Positions 21,366 to 31,950 of a stretch of 64,000 nucleotides of DNA are shown here, piece after piece. The stretch comes from Planctomycetota bacterium (GTDB lineage Bacteria; Planctomycetota; JAJSAM01; JAJVHW01). Numbering within the stretch: the stretch's first letter is position 1; each line of letters opens with the position of its first letter. The stretch is taken from NCBI GenBank assembly GCA_965248445.1, contig CBDFJG010000003.1, forward strand, positions 1,504,001-1,568,000, in the 5' to 3' direction. Position numbers and translations under genes: made by a program. The notes below the pieces were generated by a model that saw only the letters and a program-made list of their open reading frames with translations, ran no database searches and was not told where the DNA came from.

Positions 21366-23075
21366 TTGGCGGACTCCGCTCTGCCGGACTTCCCCACGCC
21401 GTCCTACGACGACTGGCGCCGCGCCGCCGAGAAGGCGCTGCGCGGCAAGCCGTTCGAATCGCTGACATGGAAGACCGACGATGGGTTCGAGATCGCCGCC
21501 TTCGAGGGACCCGTGGAGTCGGACGTCCCCACACCGGCCGGCGGCACACCGCTCACGTGCTACTCCGTGTACGCGCTCGGCGACACGAACGATGTCGCGG
21601 ACAGGATTGAACACACCCTCGGACACGGGTTCGACCTCGTGCTCCTGGGTGCGCACGGAGCATCGATCGAGATTCGCGATCGCGCTCAGACGAGTTCCGT
21701 GCTCATCGAAGCGCCCTACTCGGGGGAGAACGATGCTGCGTGGGCCGCGTCCGCCGTTCGAGGCGGGGTCGCAGGACTCGTCTTCGGTGGCGCCCTCGAC
21801 TGCAACAGTGCCGCCATCCAGCTTGCGGACACGTTCTGCCACGTAGTCTGGTTCCTCCGGGGGCGGGAGCGTGGCGCCCACGGCCTGTCACCCGACGACC
21901 TGGCGCGTGCACTGGTGCTCCCGGTTTCCCTTGGCCCCGACGTCGTCGCGGCGACGTCGAAGCTCCGTGCCGCGAGGGCGCTCTGGCCGCGTGTCGCGGC
22001 GTCCGCGGGCGTCTCCCCCGCGGCGGCGGCAGCCACGCGCCTGCTGGCGTGCCGATCCAGCTACTGCGACACACGGTTCGAGCCGGAGAACAACCTGATT
22101 CGCGCCACGCTCAGCCTGTTCACCGGCCTGTGCGCCGGGGCCGACATCGTCCTTCTCGATTCGTACGGCGGCGGAGACGACGACTGCGCCACCGCGCAAC
22201 TTGCCCTCCATCAGGCGCATCTGATGATCGAGGAATCGCTTCTTACGGCGGTGTCGGATCCGTTCGCCGGGGCACCCGCGATCGGCGCGCTGACGAATCG
22301 GCTCTTCGATCTCAGTGTCGCGCATCTCCGAACCCTCGAGGAAGGCGGCTGGAACCGGGAGCGGGACGACGGTCCTTCATTCCGCGACCTGCTTCCGGTG
22401 ATGCAGCAAGCGGAACGGCACTACGACGACATCGTCACTCGGCGCCGCGTGATCGTCGGAGTGAACCGCTTCGCCGCCCCCGGGCGTGACACCGAGATCG
22501 AGTCGATGCATCCCGAGGAGTTCGAGTGGCACTACGCGGAGGATGGTCAAGACGAGGCCGGTTGCCATCTCGGAGTCCTGCTCGTCGCATCGGACTGCTT
22601 CGACCTGCTGCGTGACCGCGTGCTCGGACACGTCGCCGCCGGCGAGCGGCGGCCCGTCGCGCTGGTCGTCGCGGCCGGCAACCCGAAGGCCGTGCGGCCA
22701 CAGGCGGCCTTCGCCGCCGACTTCCTCCGCTGCGGCGGATTCGACGTCGAGGTCCCGGACCCGGGGGCTACTCCGAGTGACGCCACGGCACTGCTGCGCG
22801 GCCGCGTGTTCGACGCGCTTGTGATCTGCGGCGACGACGACGTCACCACCGCGATCGAAGCGGCCACCGACATGCCGTTCTACCGCGTTGGCAAGAGCGG
22901 GTCCGACTCGGACCGCGTCATCACGCGCCTCCACGAGGGTGTTGACGCCGTGGCAATCCTCGCCGACGCCCTGGACCGGGCCTGCGTGCCGCGCGTCCCG
23001 CTTCCCGTCCACGAGGACGACGTGGACGGCGAGGAGTTCCTCGCCGACGTCGCGAACCTGGGGGAGTGGGACTGA
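21366..23075 (+). CDS. mutA: Methylmalonyl-CoA mutase small (non-catalytic) subunit, divergent
   Basis: [63 protein letters not shown]; no DxHxxG. Confidence 0.8.
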   Translation: MADSALPDFPTPSYDDWRRAAEKALRGKPFESLTWKTDDGFEIAAFEGPVESDVPTPAGGTPLTCYSVYALGDTNDVADRIEHTLGHGFDLVLLGAHGASIEIRDRAQTSSVLIEAPYSGENDAAWAASAVRGGVAGLVFGGALDCNSAAIQLADTFCHVVWFLRGRERGAHGLSPDDLARALVLPVSLGPDVVAATSKLRAARALWPRVAASAGVSPAAAAATRLLACRSSYCDTRFEPENNLIRATLSLFTGLCAGADIVLLDSYGGGDDDCATAQLALHQAHLMIEESLLTAVSDPFAGAPAIGALTNRLFDLSVAHLRTLEEGGWNRERDDGPSFRDLLPVMQQAERHYDDIVTRRRVIVGVNRFAAPGRDTEIESMHPEEFEWHYAEDGQDEAGCHLGVLLVASDCFDLLRDRVLGHVAAGERRPVALVVAAGNPKAVRPQAAFAADFLRCGGFDVEVPDPGATPSDATALLRGRVFDALVICGDDDVTTAIEAATDMPFYRVGKSGSDSDRVITRLHEGVDAVAILADALDRACVPRVPLPVHEDDVDGEEFLADVANLGEWD

Positions 23076-25156
23076 TGCCGTCGGTCTGGCGCACCCCCGA
23101 GGGCATCGACGTCAAGCGGAGGTATACCGCGGACGACATCGCGGACGTCCCCCATCTCGGCGGCTACCCGGGCATCGCGCCGTTCGTGCGCGGACCGTAC
23201 GCCACGATGTACACGACGCGGCCGTGGACCATCCGGCAGTACGCGGGATTCTCGACAGCCGCTGAGTCGAACGCCTTCTACCGGCGCAACCTGGCGGCGG
23301 GTCAGAAGGGCCTCAGCGTCGCGTTCGACCTGCCGACGCACCGCGGATACGACAGCGATCACGAGCGCGTGAGCGGCGACGTCGGCATGGCGGGCGTCGC
23401 GATCGACTCGATCATCGACATGCGCGCGTTGTTCGACGGCATCCCGCTCGGGACGACCTCCGTGTCGATGACCATGAACGGCGCGGTGATTCCGATCATG
23501 GCGCTCTACGTCGTCGCCGCCGAGGAGCAGGGCGTCACGCCCGAACAGCTCGCGGGCACGATCCAGAACGACGTGCTCAAGGAGTTCATGGTCCGGAACA
23601 CGTACATCTACCCGCCCGGTCCGAGCATGCGGATCGTCGGAGACGTCTTCTCGTACTGCTCCGAGCACATGCCGAAGTTCAACGCGATCTCGGTGTCCGG
23701 CTACCACATGCAAGAGGCCGGCGCGACGGCCGACATCGAGCTCGCCTACACGCTGGCCGACGGCCTCGAGTACCTGCGCACCGGACTCGACGCAGGCCTC
23801 GCGATCGACGACTTCGCCCCGCGCGTGTCGTTCTTCTTCGGCATCGGCATGAACGTGTTCATGGAGGTCGCGAAGCTCCGTGCGGCGCGGCTGCTCTGGG
23901 CGCGGATCGTCAAGCAGTTCGAGCCCGAGAACCCGAAGTCGATGATGCTGCGGACGCACTGCCAAACGTCCGGCTGGTCGCTCACGGCGCAGCAGCCCTG
24001 GAACAACGTCACGCGCACGTGCCTCGAAGCGCTCGCAGCCGTGCTCGGCGGCACGCAATCGCTGCACACCAACGCGTTGGACGAAGCGATCGCACTGCCG
24101 ACCGATTTCACGGCGCGCATCGCCCGCAACACGCAACTCGTTCTGCAGCACGAGACCGACCTCTGCAAGACGATCGATCCGCTCGGCGGCTCGTACTTCA
24201 TCGAGAAGCTCACGCACGATCTGGCTGAGCGCGCGTGGAGCCACATCCAGGAGGTCGAGGAACTCGGCGGCATGCGCCGGGCCATCGAAGCCGGTCTCCC
24301 CCAGCGCCGCATCGAGGAGGCCGCCGCTCGCAAGCAGGCGCGCATCGACACCGGCAAGGACGTCATCGTGGGCGTCAATCGCTACGTGGAGGAGGACGAG
24401 GGCGAGCCCCTCGAGACCCTCGTGGTCGACAACACCGCCGTCCGCACCGCACAGATCGAGCAACTACAGTCATTGCGCGCCTCGCGGGACAGCGCGGCCT
24501 GCCGGGCCGCGGTCGCAGCCCTGACCGAGGGTGCCCGCGGCGGCGGCAACCTGCTCGCTCTGGCCATCGATTGCGCGCGCGCGGGCGCTACTGTCGGGGA
24601 GATGAGCGATGCGATGGAAGCCGTGTTCGGCCGCCATCGCGCGGAGCCCCGCACCATCGCCGGCGTGTATGCCGCGGAGGCCGAGGACATGAGCACGATG
24701 AAGGACGTGCAGGAGCGCGTCACCGACTTCGCCCGGCGCGAGGGCCGCCGGCCGCGGCTGCTCGTCGCCAAGATCGGGCAGGACGGACACGACCGTGGCG
24801 CCAAGGTCGTCGCCACCGCGTTCGCCGACATGGGATTCGACGTGGACATGGGACCGCTGTTCCAGACGCCGGCCGAGGTCGCCCGCCAGGCCGTCGAGAA
24901 CGACGTACACGTGGCGGGCGTGTCGTCGCTCGCGGGCGGACACCGCACGCTCGTTCCGGAGTTGATCGCGGAACTGGCTCAGCTCGGCCGAGCGGACATC
25001 CTGGTCGTTGCAGGCGGCGTGATCCCGGACCAGGACAAGGAACCACTGCTCGCGGCGGGAGCCGTCGCGATCTTCGGCCCCGGCACCGTGATCCCCGACG
25101 CCGCGAACAGCGTGCTGGACCTGCTGTTCGAACGCCTCGAGGCCCGGGGGCGATAG
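23075..25156 (+). CDS. mutB: Methylmalonyl-CoA mutase large subunit
   Basis: [38 protein letters not shown]12 motif GQDGHDRG. Confidence 0.97.
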   Translation: MPSVWRTPEGIDVKRRYTADDIADVPHLGGYPGIAPFVRGPYATMYTTRPWTIRQYAGFSTAAESNAFYRRNLAAGQKGLSVAFDLPTHRGYDSDHERVSGDVGMAGVAIDSIIDMRALFDGIPLGTTSVSMTMNGAVIPIMALYVVAAEEQGVTPEQLAGTIQNDVLKEFMVRNTYIYPPGPSMRIVGDVFSYCSEHMPKFNAISVSGYHMQEAGATADIELAYTLADGLEYLRTGLDAGLAIDDFAPRVSFFFGIGMNVFMEVAKLRAARLLWARIVKQFEPENPKSMMLRTHCQTSGWSLTAQQPWNNVTRTCLEALAAVLGGTQSLHTNALDEAIALPTDFTARIARNTQLVLQHETDLCKTIDPLGGSYFIEKLTHDLAERAWSHIQEVEELGGMRRAIEAGLPQRRIEEAAARKQARIDTGKDVIVGVNRYVEEDEGEPLETLVVDNTAVRTAQIEQLQSLRASRDSAACRAAVAALTEGARGGGNLLALAIDCARAGATVGEMSDAMEAVFGRHRAEPRTIAGVYAAEAEDMSTMKDVQERVTDFARREGRRPRLLVAKIGQDGHDRGAKVVATAFADMGFDVDMGPLFQTPAEVARQAVENDVHVAGVSSLAGGHRTLVPELIAELAQLGRADILVVAGGVIPDQDKEPLLAAGAVAIFGPGTVIPDAANSVLDLLFERLEARGR

Positions 25157-25167
25157 AACAGGGGACG

Positions 25168-26559
25168 ATGAAGAGCAGCGATCTCGACAGACTGGCAGAG
25201 GAGGTGCGCGCGGGTCAGCGCGCGTCGCTCGCCCGCGCCATCACGCTGGTCGAGAGTACACAGGCAGACGACGCGGAGGACGCGCTCGCCCTCCTCGAGC
25301 GTCTGCTCGACCACACCGGAAAGTCGATCCGCGTCGGCATCTCCGGCGTTCCGGGCGTCGGCAAGAGCACGTTCATCGAGGCACTCGGCATGAAGCTGGT
25401 CGAGCGCGGCCACTCGGTGTCGGTGCTCGCCGTCGATCCGTCGAGCGCCGTCTCCGGAGGCAGCTTGCTCGGCGACAAGACGCGAATGGCCGACCTGTCG
25501 CGCGCGGACACCGCGTACGTGCGGCCCAGTCCTGGCGGTCGCACACTCGGCGGCGTCGCGCGGCGCACCCGCGAAGCGATGCTGGTCTGCGAAGCGGCCG
25601 GCCACGACGTCATCCTGGTCGAGACGATCGGCGTCGGACAGTCCGAGATCGCGGTGGCCGGCATGGTCGACGTGTTCCTGCTGCTGTCGCTGGCGGGAGC
25701 GGGCGACGAACTGCAGGGCATCAAGCGCGGAATCACGGAGATGGCGGACGTCGTGGTCGTCAACAAGGCGGACGGCGACAACGAGGAGCGCGCCAAGCAA
25801 GCCGCCGCGGAGCTGAACGCCGCCGTCGCCATGCTGCGCCCCTCGCCGCTCGCAGAGGGCGAGACGCACCGGCCCGTGCTCACGTGCTCATCGCGCAGCG
25901 GCGACGGCATCGACGCAGTGTGGGACGCCGTCGCCGCGCTGCACGCGGGTGCGAAGAGCGACGGCCGCCTCGACGAGCGCCGCCGCCGCCAGCGTGTGCA
26001 CTGGCTCGACGACGCGGTCGACGACCTGCTTCGCACACGCCTCGACTCGGACCCGGACACGCGCGGGGCCCGAGAGTCGCTCGCCCGCGCCGTCCGCGAG
26101 GGCGCTCTCTCCCCGCTCGCCGCCGCGCACCAGATCGTCGACGTGTTCCAGGGCGAGGACGCCGTGGACACCACGTCACTCGGCGAGACCTTTCCCTTCC
26201 ACGACACCGACGCCGCCCGCGAGTGGCTGACGCGCGCGGTGGCCACCGGTGCGGGGAACGTGCTCGCGACGGCTCGCGCCATCGCGACCGGGCCGGGGGA
26301 TCCTGCTCCGACGAACGAGCAGCGCCTCACGCACCTGGCCGAGCTCTCGGAGATGTCGCCGCATGACGCCCTTGCAGGAGCCGTGGGCGTGCACCGTCAG
26401 TTCGTGACGGGCGACGTGCCTCCGGACGACGTCCGCTCCGCGCTCGACCGGCTGTCTGATGCCGCTCCCGAGCTGGCCAAGCGCGACCGCGCCGCACCGG
26501 ACTCGCTCGACGTTCTCGAGTCGCTCATGCAGCTGGAAGAGGATCTGCTCGACCGCTGA
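25168..26559 (+). CDS. meaB: Methylmalonyl-CoA mutase-associated GTPase MeaB with C-terminal extension
   Basis: LARAITLVES, GVPGVGKST, GGSLLGDKTRM, VETIGVGQSE, GDELQGIKRG, NKAD. Confidence 0.92.
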   Translation: MKSSDLDRLAEEVRAGQRASLARAITLVESTQADDAEDALALLERLLDHTGKSIRVGISGVPGVGKSTFIEALGMKLVERGHSVSVLAVDPSSAVSGGSLLGDKTRMADLSRADTAYVRPSPGGRTLGGVARRTREAMLVCEAAGHDVILVETIGVGQSEIAVAGMVDVFLLLSLAGAGDELQGIKRGITEMADVVVVNKADGDNEERAKQAAAELNAAVAMLRPSPLAEGETHRPVLTCSSRSGDGIDAVWDAVAALHAGAKSDGRLDERRRRQRVHWLDDAVDDLLRTRLDSDPDTRGARESLARAVREGALSPLAAAHQIVDVFQGEDAVDTTSLGETFPFHDTDAAREWLTRAVATGAGNVLATARAIATGPGDPAPTNEQRLTHLAELSEMSPHDALAGAVGVHRQFVTGDVPPDDVRSALDRLSDAAPELAKRDRAAPDSLDVLESLMQLEEDLLDR

Positions 26560-26584
26560 CCCGTGGGCTCGTAGCGTGCGCTGC

Positions 26585-27061
26585 ATGACCCGCATCACGA
26601 CTCTGCTCGCTCTGACATGTGTCCTCGGCGCGCTCCTCGCGTGCTCCCCCGACGCTCCCGCGCCGGTCACACCCGCCCCGATCGCTCCAGCACCGGCACC
26701 GGCCCCGGATGAGGCGGCGCCGGAGCCCGACCCCGCGCCCGCCGCGCTGCCCGAGATCGTCTACTACCAGATCGGTCCGCAATGACCCTTCTGCCAGCGC
26801 ATTGCCACCGCCGTGAGCGAGTTGGCGACGGACTACGAGGGCAAGATCACGACGCGCATCGAGCCCGCCGGCAGCGAAGAGGGCCAGGCCGCGAAGGTGA
26901 CGTACGGCTGGGATCGGAAGCTGCACGGTCTCGTGGCGCTGCTGCCTGACGGCACCCTGGTCGCGAACCTGCCCGGCCACAGCTATGCGCAAGATGTCGC
27001 GAGCGCCAAGGTCGAGGTGAAGAAGGCGGTCGAGGAACTGCTCGCCGCGAACGCGCGCTGA
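26585..27061 (+). CDS. Thioredoxin-like lipoprotein, probable selenoprotein (UxxC; TGA 26783-26785)
   Basis: Lipobox LLAC and Pro/Ala linker; IVYYQIGPQ-TGA-PFCQRIATAVSELATDYEGKI reads in frame into ORF 26813-27061. Confidence 0.8.
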
Positions 27062-27139
27062 CGTCGCGGGTTCGACGGGCGGGGTGTGGAGCCCCCGACC
27101 GTTCCTGGGCATCGATCACCCTAGGCGTTCTACCCGCCC

Positions 27140-28390
27140 CTATCTGAAGACGCGGCAGTTCGGATGACGGCCGCGGAATGCCGCGACTGCGTCGGCGGTC
27201 GTCTTGGTCCCGCGCAGGTCGAGGCTGCGCAGCGCCGACAACTCGTCGAGCACCTCGAGCGAACGATCCGTCACCCCGGTGAACTGGAGCATCAGCACCT
27301 CCAGCTTCTGCAGGTTGCGCAGGTTCTCGACGCCCGTGTCCGTCACGTTCGGGCAGCTGTAGATTCCGAGCCGCTCGAGATTGACGAGATCGCGCAGGTG
27401 CACCATTCCGGCGTCCGTCATCGTGGTGCTCGCGTTCAGGTCGCGCAGCCCCTTCATCTCGGCGAGGAACTGCAGCCCGGACTCGGTCACCTTGACCCCA
27501 CGCAGCCCGAGCTTCTCGATCGACGTCTGCGTCCGCAGGTGCGCCATCCCGGCGTCGGTGATGTTCTTGTTGTGCAGCAGGCTCAGCTCTCGCAGTTCGA
27601 ACGACTCGAGCCGTGCCAGGCCGGCATCCGAGACCCCGCTGAAGCCGACGCCGATGCTCTCGATCGGCAGGCCCTCGAGGTGCTTCAGACCTTCGTCCGT
27701 GATCTTGGTGCCGTCGAGGCGGATGTCGCGCAGCGTCGCGAGGTCCGCAACGGCCTCGAGCCCCGTGTCGGTCACCTGCGTGTTCATCATGCCGAGGCTC
27801 TCGATCGTCTTCGACTGCGAGAGCGCCGCGAGTCCTGCGTCCCCCACGATGGTCCCCTGCAGTTCGAGGTTGCGTAGCGACGGGTGATCCGCGAGCAGCG
27901 CGAGAGAGGCGTCCGTCACACCCGTGCCGCGGAGATTCAGATACGTCAGCGACGGGAGCTGCGCGATGTGCTTCAGATCGTCGGATGAGACGTTCGTGCG
28001 CGAGAGGTCGAGCGCACGCAGGTGGCGCAGCTGTTCCGCCGTCATCCCCGCGAACTTCGCGGGCGCCAGATTGCTCAGCCAGGCGATCGCAGCGAGTTGG
28101 TCGGGGTTGCTCGGTGACGTCGCCGGCTCGAGCGGCAGCGCTGCACCGGGCGGAGGCGGTGCCGACATCAACCGGTTGATCTCGCCGCGCGCGGCGCTGA
28201 GCTCGACTTCGAGCCGCGTGATCCGCCGCCAGGTCGGCAGATCGTCTATGGGAGCACCCGCCGGAAGTTCGCCGCCGTCGTCCTCCGAATCGGTCCCGGC
28301 GACGCTCGCCGCGAACAGCCCGGCGACGAACCCAACGGCAGCCGCGATCAACACCACGAGAAAGAAGGGCGCCGCATTCGGTCTGGCCAT
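27140..28390 (-). CDS. Membrane-anchored leucine-rich repeat protein
   Basis: N-terminal TM helix; about 11 repeats of LxxLxLxxTxVTDxGLxxL. Confidence 0.9.
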   Translation of the reverse strand: MARPNAAPFFLVVLIAAAVGFVAGLFAASVAGTDSEDDGGELPAGAPIDDLPTWRRITRLEVELSAARGEINRLMSAPPPPGAALPLEPATSPSNPDQLAAIAWLSNLAPAKFAGMTAEQLRHLRALDLSRTNVSSDDLKHIAQLPSLTYLNLRGTGVTDASLALLADHPSLRNLELQGTIVGDAGLAALSQSKTIESLGMMNTQVTDTGLEAVADLATLRDIRLDGTKITDEGLKHLEGLPIESIGVGFSGVSDAGLARLESFELRELSLLHNKNITDAGMAHLRTQTSIEKLGLRGVKVTESGLQFLAEMKGLRDLNASTTMTDAGMVHLRDLVNLERLGIYSCPNVTDTGVENLRNLQKLEVLMLQFTGVTDRSLEVLDELSALRSLDLRGTKTTADAVAAFRGRHPNCRVFR

Positions 28391-28473
28391 TGCGATCGCA
28401 ATCGTAGACTCCCGGCCGCGGGCGCGGGCCTCCGGCCCCCTGTACCGTGCGTGCTGAGACAGGAGGGCCGGTC

Positions 28474-30519
28474 ATGACGAAAGCGATGCGTGGAGCGGTA
28501 TGGACGGCGGCGGCGATCCTGGTCGCGTCCGGGATCGGCAGAGGTCCGCACGGCCTCGCCGTCGGCGCCGAGGTCCTGAGCGAGCAGATCGACGCCCCCG
28601 ACGGCGAGGGCGGGGACATCTTCGGCCTGCACATCGATCTCGACTTCGACACGCTCGTGGTGGGCGCCCAGGGCGAGGACAACGGCAGCGGCGCGGTCTA
28701 CGTATTCGTCGAGTCCGGCGGGACGTGGAACTTCCAGCAGAAGCTCACTTCCGACGTCCGCTCGAACGACGAGGCATTCGGCTGGTCGGTGGACGTCCAC
28801 GGCGATCTGCTCGTCGTCGGCGCACCGGACAACACCGACAACGGGAACGACGCCGGCGCGATCTACATTTTCACCCGCATCGACGACACGTGGACCCTCA
28901 CCGAGAAGGTCTACGCGTCGAACGCGGGCATCAGCGACCGCTTCGGCCAGGCCGTCGGCGTGCGGGGCACGACCGTGGTCGCGGTCGCGCCGAACGAGGA
29001 CACGACGATCGGCAACAGCGGTGCTCTGTACGTGATCGGACCCGATGGGGTCGGCGGGTACGAGGAGAAGCAGATGGTGAAGGCGGCGACGCCCGAGCCG
29101 CTGGCCGGCTTCACAAGCGTGGAGATCACGGACGGCTACGTGGCCGTTGCGTCGATCCGCAGCGACGACGCCGGGACCGATACAGGATCGGTGCATGTGT
29201 TCACGGAGGACCTGGGCGTCTGGTCGCAGACCGATCTGCTCAGAACCGATGGCGACGACGAGACGACGCGGCTCGGCACGTTCATGTCCGCGGACGCCGA
29301 CACCGTCGTCGCCGCCGACGCAACGGGCAAGCTGCTGGTGTGGCGGGACGACGGCGGATGGTCGCTCGAAGCGTTCCTCGAGCCCGACCAACCAGACCGC
29401 TTCGACAGCGCGCCGCGTGTGGGTGTCTACGGGGACACGGTCGTGGCCGGCCCGACCGACACGGGCGGCAATGCACTCCTGTTCGCACGCGCGAACGGGA
29501 CGTGGTCGGCTGCCGGGCAGGTGCCGCTTCCGGATCCGGACATCAACATCGCGGACGTCGACATCTACGACGACAAGCTCGCGACCGGCGACAACGGGTT
29601 CGAGGGTGCGACCGTGAACTCGGGGGCCGCGTGGGTTCAGATTCCGATCATCGCCGCCGAACCGGTCGCCGGCGCGTTCATCCCGAAGAAGGTCACGTTC
29701 GTCGCGGACGCGGGCGGCGGCGGCGCGAAGAAGCGCACGGACCCCGGCGTATCGGCGAGCGGAACGCTCGATCTCGGTCCGAACGAGGTCGATCTCACGC
29801 TGCCCGCGATGCTCACGGTCGGTGGCGGGATGTACGACCTGCCGTCGGGCCTCACCGAGTCGAGCGACGGCAAGAAGTTCACCGCGGAACTGGATCTCGG
29901 TGGTGACGAGTCGCTGTTCTTCGAGATCAAGCCGGACAAGAAGGGCAAGTCGAGCGCGGACTTCGAGATCGAACTCGATGACGCGCTCCCGATCGCGGTC
30001 GGAGGCTTCCTCGACCTCGTGTTCGAGAACGACGACGTGACGGCGGTCGGCCGCGTGGTGATGACCGACTTCGAGTACAAGCGCGAGAAGATCCGCGGCA
30101 CCGTCGTCATGCCCGTGGCCAGCATCAAGAAGTTGAAGACGAAGATCAAGACAGAGAGTCAGAGCGACGATCCGAAGGACTCGGTCACCGTGACGTTCCG
30201 CTTCGCGACCGACGGCACGACGCCCGCAACGGCGCCCGATCTCAAGTTCCAGTACGGCGGCTTCGAGCAGATCCTGCCCGGCGGCGAGTTCACGCTGAAG
30301 AAGGACAAGTTCACGTGGAAGGGCGACGCGCCCGGCGTGACGAAGGCGACCATCGACTACAAGAAGGAGCAGATCAAGGTCACGGCGAAGGAGCTCTTCT
30401 TCGACCTCGAGGACGACTTGGACCAAAACGTCTCCGCGACGGTGACGATCTCACTCGACGACGACGGCCGCGCCGTGTCGGTCCGCGCCCACCAGAAGAA
30501 CAAGAACGTCAAGTACTGA
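28474..30519 (+). CDS. Secreted FG-GAP repeat protein with Lys-rich beta-type C-terminal domain
   Basis: RBS aggagg; FGxxVD..LVVGA..GAVYVF repeats. Confidence 0.85.
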   Translation: MTKAMRGAVWTAAAILVASGIGRGPHGLAVGAEVLSEQIDAPDGEGGDIFGLHIDLDFDTLVVGAQGEDNGSGAVYVFVESGGTWNFQQKLTSDVRSNDEAFGWSVDVHGDLLVVGAPDNTDNGNDAGAIYIFTRIDDTWTLTEKVYASNAGISDRFGQAVGVRGTTVVAVAPNEDTTIGNSGALYVIGPDGVGGYEEKQMVKAATPEPLAGFTSVEITDGYVAVASIRSDDAGTDTGSVHVFTEDLGVWSQTDLLRTDGDDETTRLGTFMSADADTVVAADATGKLLVWRDDGGWSLEAFLEPDQPDRFDSAPRVGVYGDTVVAGPTDTGGNALLFARANGTWSAAGQVPLPDPDINIADVDIYDDKLATGDNGFEGATVNSGAAWVQIPIIAAEPVAGAFIPKKVTFVADAGGGGAKKRTDPGVSASGTLDLGPNEVDLTLPAMLTVGGGMYDLPSGLTESSDGKKFTAELDLGGDESLFFEIKPDKKGKSSADFEIELDDALPIAVGGFLDLVFENDDVTAVGRVVMTDFEYKREKIRGTVVMPVASIKKLKTKIKTESQSDDPKDSVTVTFRFATDGTTPATAPDLKFQYGGFEQILPGGEFTLKKDKFTWKGDAPGVTKATIDYKKEQIKVTAKELFFDLEDDLDQNVSATVTISLDDDGRAVSVRAHQKNKNVKY

Positions 30520-30550
30520 CCTCAGCCTGGCCGCGCCAGCCCGGTACTCG

Positions 30551-31846
30551 CTACCGCGGCGCCGACGCGGCGCGCCCGCCACTCGGTCGCCCGCGGAGTG
30601 CACGAACGGGCGCGCTGCCCGGACGCTTAGCGATCTGAAAACCGGCGTCGTAGAGGGCACGCTCGACGGCGTCGGCATTCCGCGGTCCGCGGGTCTCGAG
30701 AAACAGCTCGACTTCGACGATTCCGATGGGCAGCCCGGGGACATCGCGACGGTCCGTGATGTGAAGCACGTTGACCTCGTGCTGGCCCAGCAGCTCGAAG
30801 AGCCCGGCCATCTGCCGCGGCCGCGCGCCCCGCACGTCCGGAAGCCGGACTGCAATCCGCAGATGACGCCGGTCCTCCGCCAGCGCCCGTCGCACGTAGC
30901 GCGACTTCGCGAACGTGTCGATGTTGCCGCCCGAGACGATCGCGACCGCGGGTCCGAGCGGCAGACCGACCTCTGCTGCGAGAAGCGCGGCAATCGGGGC
31001 GGCCCCCGCCGGCTCGGCACAGACGTGAGCATGTTCGTCCATGTAGAGGACGGCACGGCACAGATCCACCTCGGACACCGTGACCATGTCGTCCACACAC
31101 TTCTGGATCACGTCGTAGGTCCGCTCGCCGACGAGTTGGACATTGATGCCGTCGGCGATCGTCGCCGACTGTTCGCACGGCAGACGCCGACCGGCATGAA
31201 ACGACCGAACGGCCGAGTCGGCACCGGCAGCCTGCACGCCGATCACGCGGACTTCCGGTCGCAGTGACTTGACCGCGACGGCGATACCTGAGATCAGACC
31301 GCCTCCGCCGACGGGCACGATGATCGAACGCACGTCCGGCAGCTGTCGCAGCACTTCGAGCGCGATCGTCCCCTGCCCGGCCATGACGCGATCGTCATCG
31401 AACGCGTGCACGAGCGTTCCACCCTCCTCCTCGTGCAACTCACGGGCGTACGCTGCGGCGTCGTCGTATGTCGCGCCGTGCAGCACGATCTCGGCGCCGT
31501 ATCCGGCGGTCGCCTCCTGCTTGGTGATCGGCGCGTACTCCGGCATCACGATGCGCGCGCGGACGCCGAGCGACCCAGCCGCGAGCGCGACGCCCTGAGC
31601 GTGATTACCTGCCGAGGCCGCGATGATCCCGCGTGCTCGCTCCTGTTCCGTCATCGCGAAGATGCGCGAGACCGCCCCGCGCACCTTGAAGCTGCCAGTG
31701 CGCTGCAGCATCTCGAGTTTGAGGTGCACCTTCGCGTGCGTCGGCAGCCGGGCGTTCAGACTGGACGGATAGTGGAGCGGCGTCTCCCGGAACCGCCCCA
31801 CGCCGCGCAGACGGTCAGCCTCGCGGATCTGCTCGAGCGTGACCAT
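30551..31846 (-). CDS. ilvA: Threonine ammonia-lyase with ACT-like C-terminus
   Basis: KLEMLQRTGSFKVRGA, ASAGNHAQG, PVGGGGLISG, SGGNID. Confidence 0.9.
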   Translation of the reverse strand: MVTLEQIREADRLRGVGRFRETPLHYPSSLNARLPTHAKVHLKLEMLQRTGSFKVRGAVSRIFAMTEQERARGIIAASAGNHAQGVALAAGSLGVRARIVMPEYAPITKQEATAGYGAEIVLHGATYDDAAAYARELHEEEGGTLVHAFDDDRVMAGQGTIALEVLRQLPDVRSIIVPVGGGGLISGIAVAVKSLRPEVRVIGVQAAGADSAVRSFHAGRRLPCEQSATIADGINVQLVGERTYDVIQKCVDDMVTVSEVDLCRAVLYMDEHAHVCAEPAGAAPIAALLAAEVGLPLGPAVAIVSGGNIDTFAKSRYVRRALAEDRRHLRIAVRLPDVRGARPRQMAGLFELLGQHEVNVLHITDRRDVPGLPIGIVEVELFLETRGPRNADAVERALYDAGFQIAKRPGSAPVRALRGRPSGGRAASAPR

Positions 31847-31950
31847 CTACTGAACCCTCCATCAATGGATGGAGTCTGGGGCCTCCAGCTTTCGGCTCGT
31901 CCCGGTCCGCGAGCCTGACAGGCTGCGGCCGAAACGCTACGTAGGCGGCG

